NCBI GenBank assembly: GCA_963667395.2
Contig: CAXXJL010000001.1
Span: forward strand, 1,477,329 to 1,509,328
Source of the DNA: Bacteroidaceae bacterium
Lineage (GTDB): Bacteria; Bacteroidota; Bacteroidia; Bacteroidales; Bacteroidaceae
DNA: 32,000 nucleotides
Direction of reading: 5' to 3'
A program made the position numbers and the translations under genes. Positions 25,898 to 32,000 of this stretch are shown in pieces. How positions within the stretch are numbered: the stretch's first letter is position 1; each line of letters begins with the position of its first letter. The notes under the pieces were generated by a model. It did not search any database, was not told the DNA's origin, and saw only the letters and a program-made list of their open reading frames with translations.

Positions 25898-27412
25898 ATG
25901 AAAATTAAAAAACTAATTATCTTGTGTATCCTTTGTCTGACAGCATATAATGTCAGCGCACAAAGAATTGTGGAAAGTTTCCCTTTCAACATAAATGGCA
26001 CATTAAAAAAAGATTACGATGTATATAAGGCAGGCACTCCATTCAATTTAAGCAGAGTTGTTAAATTTGGAACAGCTAAAGACAATGAAGAATTATACGC
26101 TGCCGTTAATATAAACAATCTTCAGGTTGGGATTCCTTATAGTCTGTTTGGTATATTAAATTTAGAACCTACAGACAATAAATCTTTCTGGGAAAGTAAA
26201 GCATTTCAGGCAGATTTATACAGAACATTAATTTACAAGGGATATCAGTATAATCTTCGGCAGGAATTAAAAGAAGAAGCTGCAGATTATATAAATAAGA
26301 TGAATAATTCACGTCTGCTGTATGAAGATTCATATATAGAAGATTATGTTAATTCCATTTTTGCATCCGTAATTTATCAAAGCTTCAATGACAAAAGAAC
26401 CGAAAACCTAAACGTACATATTCTTAAATCGCCCAATCCTGATAGTTACATGCAACCGGATGGTTCGCTAATTGTTACCACCGGATTACTTTCTGTTTTA
26501 GATTCGGAGCAGGAACTAACAGCAATAATAGCTTCCGAAGTAGCTCACCATGTATTAGATCACTCGGTTATCAATGTTAATAAAGAACGGGCCCGCGAAA
26601 AGGCTGCAATATTCTGGGGTAGCGTTGCAGCAGGTGTACTGGCAGCAGGTGAAGAATATCTTATGGATAAGAATGAATATTATGTTCCCGGGGCAGCCAG
26701 TGTTGCTGCAGTACTTGTATCGGCAGCTATTGTTAATAGCATGAATAAACGAATGGGAATGACCTATAGCCGTTCGCAGGAAAAGATAGCCGATAAATGT
26801 GCCATGGAATTTCTTAGTATGAAGAATATGGATCCTTCAGCACTACCTTCGGCACTTAACAAGATAAAAAACTATTATTTGGATCATAAGGATTATTACA
26901 CTCTCTCTAGATACGGAACTTATGCAGAGTTTGGCAAACGTATTGAACGTTTAGGCGAATATCATGAATTTGCCAGCCATTCTTATCAGAAAGCTATTTC
27001 CAGCGTAAATACATTTAATGCAATTATTCAGATAAACAATAAGCACTTTGCAGAAGCTGCTTCTTTTGCAAAGAAAAACATAAACCAGAAAGTTGCTACG
27101 GATGGCGATTACGTAATCCTGGCCAAAGCAACTATGGGTATGTATAATACGGAAGAAAAAAACATGGAGAGCCTGTCACTAATTCAACAAGCTAGATCAA
27201 TGGCAGAAACACCCAATCTAAACACAGACAAACAGGAAATTCTGGTACTAATGCGTTTGAAAAAGCTAGCAAAAGCAGCTACTGCTATACAGAACTATAT
27301 TGATAATCTTACTAATTTTAAGGAACAAACGCATGACTCAGAGGATATTGCATGGGCTTCCGCTGAAATTAACTGGGCAAGTGAGCTTTTACAAAGAGTA
27401 ACTATTTTATAA
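25898..27412 (+). CDS. Secreted M48-family peptidase homolog with a variant metal site (SEVAH instead of HEXXH) and a helical-repeat C-terminal region
   Basis: 504 aa with a signal peptide. NPDSYMQPDGSLIVTTGLLSVLDSEQELTAIIASEVAHHVLDH aligns with the M48 pattern NAxxxPGGxIxVxxGLL...ELAxVLxHExxH, and YSRSQEKIADKCA matches SRxxExxAD. Confidence 0.65.
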   Translation: MKIKKLIILCILCLTAYNVSAQRIVESFPFNINGTLKKDYDVYKAGTPFNLSRVVKFGTAKDNEELYAAVNINNLQVGIPYSLFGILNLEPTDNKSFWESKAFQADLYRTLIYKGYQYNLRQELKEEAADYINKMNNSRLLYEDSYIEDYVNSIFASVIYQSFNDKRTENLNVHILKSPNPDSYMQPDGSLIVTTGLLSVLDSEQELTAIIASEVAHHVLDHSVINVNKERAREKAAIFWGSVAAGVLAAGEEYLMDKNEYYVPGAASVAAVLVSAAIVNSMNKRMGMTYSRSQEKIADKCAMEFLSMKNMDPSALPSALNKIKNYYLDHKDYYTLSRYGTYAEFGKRIERLGEYHEFASHSYQKAISSVNTFNAIIQINNKHFAEAASFAKKNINQKVATDGDYVILAKATMGMYNTEEKNMESLSLIQQARSMAETPNLNTDKQEILVLMRLKKLAKAATAIQNYIDNLTNFKEQTHDSEDIAWASAEINWASELLQRVTIL

Positions 27413-27414
27413 GC

Positions 27415-28866
27415 TTACCTGTGCCTCTTCAACATGAGTCTGTCTGTTATTGAAACAGGCAGCTCATTTTCATAATGCGTTACGTAGATAATCGTTTTAT
27501 CCTTTCTTGCGCAAAAAGCCTCTACAATAGCCTTTACCCTTCTTCGGTTGCTGGTATCCAGTCCGTGGAGAGGTTCATCAAGAATAAGGAGTTCGGGATC
27601 TTTTACGAATGCACGGGCTAGAAGAACCAAGCGTTGTTCACCTGATGAAATTTGCAGGAACGGACGGTCTTTAAGGTCAAGAATGCCAAATATATCCATC
27701 CACCATTCACAAATTGACATCTGTTCGGGGCGTGGTTTCTTATAGAGTCCTATTGAATCGTGCAATCCGGAAGCTACGATATCTATTGTTGGCAGGTTTT
27801 TTAGGTAAGCGCGGTGCATTTCCGGAGAAACATAACCAATATGCTTTTTAATTTCCCAAATACTCTCACCTGATCCACGTTTCCTACCGAAAAGACTGAT
27901 ATCGCAAGCGTACGACTGTGGATTATCCGCACAAACCAAACTGAGCAGAGTAGATTTTCCCGCTCCGTTCTCACCTGAAAGTGCCCACTTCTGTCCACGA
28001 AGAATTTGCCACTCAAGTTCTTTCAGAATAGTGCGGTCGCCATAACGGATAGAAATCTTATTTAGTTTTACCACCTCCTCCGAATCGAATAGCTGATCAC
28101 CGTACTCCAAATCTATAATTCCTTGTATTTTTTCCTCACACAGTGCCGGACTTGTATTAGGCTTGTATTCATTAAAATACTCTTTACGAGTAACTTTTTC
28201 CCCGCAAGTGCGCTTCTTAACAGGCATCACATGAGTAATGAAATCTGGAATATCATCGAGCATGGAGAGTACCAGAATAATCTGAAAAGAAGATTTGGAT
28301 GTTAGTCTTTGCAGTACATCATGCAATAAATCCCGGGTCTTTGCATCTAGTCCAATAAACGGATTATCCATTACCAGCACCCGAGGGTTTGTCAGCAATG
28401 TTTTCGTTAACTGAAACTTTCTAAGTTCACCGCTAGAAAGGAGAATCATTTTTTTATCCAGCATCGGTTCAATGGCAAAGAGTTCAAAAAGCTCATCGCA
28501 TAATTGAGTATCGGTTACTTCACCCAAACAGTCCTTCACCAACGGAGTATCATCCTGATCGTGTGCATTCCATCTTTGCTGGTAATAGTAATTAGCATCA
28601 GCAGCCCCATACGTATCACGAAAAGCAATATATTTTATATTATCATAAGCCGTATTTGTAACGGACGGAGAGAAATCATATTCAAGTATACCTTCTTTCA
28701 ATGGGTATTTTCCCAATAAAGTATCTATCAGTAAACTTTTTCCACTTGCATTGGGACCAACAATTGCCAAGTGTTCCCCAGCTGCCAGATTCATAGTTAA
28801 GGGATGAGTAAAGCGGTACATCTCATTGCGGGCCACTCCCCCGCCCAAACGGATAATTGATTGCAT
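27415..28866 (-). CDS. Tandem-ATPase ABC protein without an adjacent permease (ModF-like)
   Basis: 483 aa. Two Walker A motifs (GPNASGKS, GENGAGKST) and two signature motifs (LSSGELRK, ISSGEQRL). Confidence 0.8.
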   Translation of the reverse strand: MQSIIRLGGGVARNEMYRFTHPLTMNLAAGEHLAIVGPNASGKSLLIDTLLGKYPLKEGILEYDFSPSVTNTAYDNIKYIAFRDTYGAADANYYYQQRWNAHDQDDTPLVKDCLGEVTDTQLCDELFELFAIEPMLDKKMILLSSGELRKFQLTKTLLTNPRVLVMDNPFIGLDAKTRDLLHDVLQRLTSKSSFQIILVLSMLDDIPDFITHVMPVKKRTCGEKVTRKEYFNEYKPNTSPALCEEKIQGIIDLEYGDQLFDSEEVVKLNKISIRYGDRTILKELEWQILRGQKWALSGENGAGKSTLLSLVCADNPQSYACDISLFGRKRGSGESIWEIKKHIGYVSPEMHRAYLKNLPTIDIVASGLHDSIGLYKKPRPEQMSICEWWMDIFGILDLKDRPFLQISSGEQRLVLLARAFVKDPELLILDEPLHGLDTSNRRRVKAIVEAFCARKDKTIIYVTHYENELPVSITDRLMLKRHR

Positions 28867-28997
28867 TTTGATTCATTTTATTCCAAAAACAGTGCAAAAG
28901 TAGTGTTTTATTCTTCAAATAATATAAATATTGTCAGATAATCAAACATCGTTTTTCTTTTCTTACATATAAAGAATATTAATACACATAATTTGTA

Positions 28998-29005
28998 TAT
29001 ATTTG
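28998..29005 (+). promoter_or_regulatory. Candidate -7 box (TAtaTTTG) for the tricorn-like protease gene
   Basis: Matches TAnnTTTG, 47 nt upstream of the ATG at 29052. Confidence 0.4.
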
Positions 29006-29051
29006 TATTGTAGTAATTAATTTATATTGCAATCATTATTAAAATAGAGTT

Positions 29052-32000
29052 ATGATTAAAAAATTCTTTTTAGGTATGCTGGCCCTTTCCGCAACATTAA
29101 CTGTCTGTGCGGATGAAGCAAGACTGCTGCGTTTTCCCAATATTCATGGCGATAAGATCGTATTCTCTTATGCAGGCGATCTTTATTCTGTGAATAAATC
29201 TGGAGGAACAGCTCGTAAATTAACTTCAAATATCGGTTATGAGATGTTTCCACATTTCTCTCCGGACGGTAAACAAATTGCTTTTACCGGTCAGTATGAT
29301 GGAAATACGGAAGTGTTTATTATGCCTGCGGAAGGTGGAGAGCCTAAGCGACTCACATATACGGCAACTTTAGGTCGTGATGATCTTGGTGACCGAATGG
29401 GGCCCAACAATATTGTGATGGACTGGACACGCGATGGAAAGAGTGTTTTGTTCCGTACTCGTCAGAATACTTTCAATGACTTTACCGGCCAATTGCTCAC
29501 TGTTCCCATTGACGGAGGTGTTCCTACAGAAATCTCTTTAAAGAACGGAGGGTTCTCAACTTATTCACCGGATGGAAAACAACTGGCCTACAACTATGTA
29601 TTCCGCGAATTCCGTACCTGGAAAAGATATCAGGGAGGAATGGCCGATGATATCCGCATCTTCAACTTCAACACCAAGGAGTCAAAAAAGATCACTAACC
29701 ATGTGAGACAGGATGTATTCCCTATGTGGAACCAAAACGGAGATGAGATTTATTTTATTTCCGACCAGGATGATGTGATGAACCTCTACGTTTATCAGCT
29801 TTCCACCCAGCAAACCAGACAGCTTACCTTTTACAAAGACTACGATATTAAATTCCCTACCATCGGTGGAGATCAGATTGTGTACGAGTATGGCGGTTAC
29901 ATTTACCTATTCGACACAAAAACTAAAACAGCAAGTAAAGTAACGGTCGATATTAATAACGATCAGGAGTATTCTCGTCCGGAATGGAAGGACGTTAGTG
30001 CTCAGATTTCCTCTTACAGTGTAGCGCCTAATGGCGAACGGGTACTTCTTACAGCTCGTGGAGATATTTTTTCTCTGCCTGGAAAAGAAGGAATCACTTA
30101 TAATCTCACTAACTCATCGGATGCAAATGATCAGAATGCGCTTTGGTCTCCCGATGGCGAACAGTACTCTTACGTATCCGATAAGGATGGCGAGTTCCGC
30201 ATCTACGTGCACAACGTACTTACAGGAGAAGAGAAAACTGTGACCAAAGATATAAAGACCTACATCATTGACTATTCATGGGCGCCCAATTCTCAGAAGA
30301 TTCTTTGGAGCGACAAGAGAAACACACTCAACATTACTGATATAGCCACAGGAAAAACTTCTTTAGTGGAAGAATCGGGAGTGGGAATCATTGATGAATT
30401 TAACTGGTCGCCCGACAGTCGCTTCATTACTTATGCCCGTCCGGAAAAGGCTATGAATAACGTAATTGTTTACGATGTAACAACTGGTGAGAAACACGTC
30501 ATTACTGACGGATGGTACAATTCCGGTACGCCCAACTTTAGTTCTAACGGTAAATATCTTGTATTCCAGTCGGCACGCACATTTAATCCCACTTATAGCG
30601 AAACAGAATGGAACCACGTGTACAACAACATGTGTAAGGTCTACATTCTCCCAATAAAGTCGGATGCCAAGATCCCTTTTACACCTGTGAATGACATGAT
30701 TGGCCAGACAGCTCCACCCAAAGAGGAAATTTTTAAGCAGACAGGCGTAGTGAAGAAAGGATTTGAAAAGAAAGCTGACATTATAAGTTACAGTTTCCAG
30801 GATGCCGTTGAATTACCTATTCAGGCAGGCTATTACCGTAACCTTCACATGGTAGGACAAAAGGTATATTATAACCGTGGAGGAAGTACTTTTGTTTACG
30901 ATCTTGAAAAGAAAGTCGAGACTGATTTAGGCGTAAACATTGTTTTTGGTAATGGATATAAAAAAGCACTAGCCATAAAAGAGCAGAAAATGCAGGTTAT
31001 TGATGTTCCAACAGCAGCCGTAAACATCAACGAGCCTATCAATCTGGGAGACCTCAAAAAACGGATAGACTATCATCAGGAATGGATGCAGATCTACAAC
31101 GAAAGCTGGAGACAGATGCGCGATTTCTTCTATGCGCCCAATATGCACGGTGTTGATTGGAACAAGGTTTATGAGAAATACAAAGCTCTGATTCCTTATG
31201 TGAATCACCGTACCGACCTCACCTATATCATTGGTGAAATGATTGGCGAACTAAGCATTGGTCATGCATATTCACAGAATGGCGAACACCCCACTCCTAC
31301 CCGTATTCAAATGGGTATGCTGGGAGCAAACTTCACCAAAGATGCTTCCGGTTACTTCAAGGTTGAATCCATTACCGCAGGAGCCAACTGGGATAAATCA
31401 ACCCGTTCTCCGCTCACCATGCCGGGAGTTAACGTGAAGAAGGGCGATTACATTATTGCTATCAACGAACATTCACTGAAAGATGTTAAGGATCCTCAGG
31501 AACTATTGATTGGACTGGCCGGAAAAACTACTGAACTTACAGTAAACACCATTCCTTCCGAAAAGGGAGCCCGCACCGTTCTGGTTACTCCGCTGGCCGA
31601 TGTTGCCAAACTGAATTATTATAACTGGGTACAAGAAAATACCCGCAAGGTGAATGAAGCAACAAATGGAGAAGTGGGTTACATTCATATTCCTGATATG
31701 GGAGTTGACGGACTGAATGAGTTTGTGAAACACTACTATCCGCAACTGATGAAGAAAGCACTTATTATTGACGACCGCGGCAATGGCGGTGGTAACGTAT
31801 CGCCAATGATTATTGAGAGACTGATGCGTGTTCCAACTTTCTTCACCATGCATGCCGGACAAAAAGAAGGATCAGTAAACCCTGTAGGTACATTTATGGG
31901 CCCCAAAGTGTTACTGATAAATGAATATTCAGCTTCTGACGGCGACCTGTTCCCCTACCGTTTTAAATACAACAAGCTGGGAACAGTGATTGGCAAGCGT
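29052..32000 (+). CDS. Tricorn protease homolog (beta-propeller + PDZ + S41 peptidase), first 983 codons; the 3' end is beyond the window
   Basis: My translation from the ATG at 29052 is open to the window end: MIKKFFLGMLALSATLTVCADEARLLRFPNIHGDKIVFSYAGDLYSV...FSPDGKQIAFTGQYDGNTEVF. Later motifs are DDRGNGGGNVS and NEYSASDGD (S41 catalytic Ser region). It is not in the ORF track because no stop is present. Confidence 0.85.
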   Translation, partial: MIKKFFLGMLALSATLTVCADEARLLRFPNIHGDKIVFSYAGDLYSVNKSGGTARKLTSNIGYEMFPHFSPDGKQIAFTGQYDGNTEVFIMPAEGGEPKRLTYTATLGRDDLGDRMGPNNIVMDWTRDGKSVLFRTRQNTFNDFTGQLLTVPIDGGVPTEISLKNGGFSTYSPDGKQLAYNYVFREFRTWKRYQGGMADDIRIFNFNTKESKKITNHVRQDVFPMWNQNGDEIYFISDQDDVMNLYVYQLSTQQTRQLTFYKDYDIKFPTIGGDQIVYEYGGYIYLFDTKTKTASKVTVDINNDQEYSRPEWKDVSAQISSYSVAPNGERVLLTARGDIFSLPGKEGITYNLTNSSDANDQNALWSPDGEQYSYVSDKDGEFRIYVHNVLTGEEKTVTKDIKTYIIDYSWAPNSQKILWSDKRNTLNITDIATGKTSLVEESGVGIIDEFNWSPDSRFITYARPEKAMNNVIVYDVTTGEKHVITDGWYNSGTPNFSSNGKYLVFQSARTFNPTYSETEWNHVYNNMCKVYILPIKSDAKIPFTPVNDMIGQTAPPKEEIFKQTGVVKKGFEKKADIISYSFQDAVELPIQAGYYRNLHMVGQKVYYNRGGSTFVYDLEKKVETDLGVNIVFGNGYKKALAIKEQKMQVIDVPTAAVNINEPINLGDLKKRIDYHQEWMQIYNESWRQMRDFFYAPNMHGVDWNKVYEKYKALIPYVNHRTDLTYIIGEMIGELSIGHAYSQNGEHPTPTRIQMGMLGANFTKDASGYFKVESITAGANWDKSTRSPLTMPGVNVKKGDYIIAINEHSLKDVKDPQELLIGLAGKTTELTVNTIPSEKGARTVLVTPLADVAKLNYYNWVQENTRKVNEATNGEVGYIHIPDMGVDGLNEFVKHYYPQLMKKALIIDDRGNGGGNVSPMIIERLMRVPTFFTMHAGQKEGSVNPVGTFMGPKVLLINEYSASDGDLFPYRFKYNKLGTVIGKR

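Noticed and set aside
27410-27417. Convergent M48-like and ABC genes whose stop codons are 2 nt apart with no terminator between them
   Set aside because: The arrangement is real but unremarkable. Tail-to-tail abutting genes are common, and there is nothing further to test from sequence alone.

Overview
This 32 kb segment reads as a Bacteroidales (Bacteroidota) chromosome. The evidence is moderate-to-low GC by eye, TAnnTTTG-type -7 promoter boxes 20-50 nt upstream of most start codons, a fused FeoA-FeoB, divergent oxyR/dps, a GH95 fucosidase and a tricorn-like protease. All product calls come from motif recognition on the supplied translations and my own reading; no database search was possible.

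Most of the window is housekeeping: miaA (partial), gap, mscL, oxyR/dps, guaA, tilS, feoAB, tRNA-Cys, a 504-aa glutamine synthetase, a ModF-like ABC ATPase and a tricorn protease homolog (partial).

The stand-out is 11.8-17.5 kb, a tightly packed nine-gene operon led by arsR. Its order is arsR, small CxxC thioredoxin-fold protein, secreted CxxC protein, CcdA/DsbD-like membrane protein, ArsP-type permease, LMW-PTP-type arsC, then an HgcA-like and an HgcB-like gene, then acr3.
- The HgcA-like protein is a membrane-anchored corrinoid protein with an exact NVWCAAGK cap-helix motif.
- The HgcB-like protein is a 2[4Fe-4S] ferredoxin with a lone Cys73 and a C-terminal CC.
- This is the mercury-methylation gene pair embedded as internal cistrons of an arsenic operon, behind a perfect 12-bp palindromic operator.

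Other points of interest:
- A 352-bp element with 117-bp modular inverted arms built from ATCCATCAC repeats lies just upstream of the GH95 gene, and two further repeat arrays lie upstream of guaA.
- An ISL3-like IS (1418 bp, 10-bp target duplication, split transposase) is inserted next to tRNA-Cys.
- A TlpA-like thiol-disulfide oxidoreductase is split by a frameshift.
- An M48 peptidase homolog has SEVAH in place of HEXXH.
- Nested TGTACA palindromes lie upstream of the glutamine synthetase gene.
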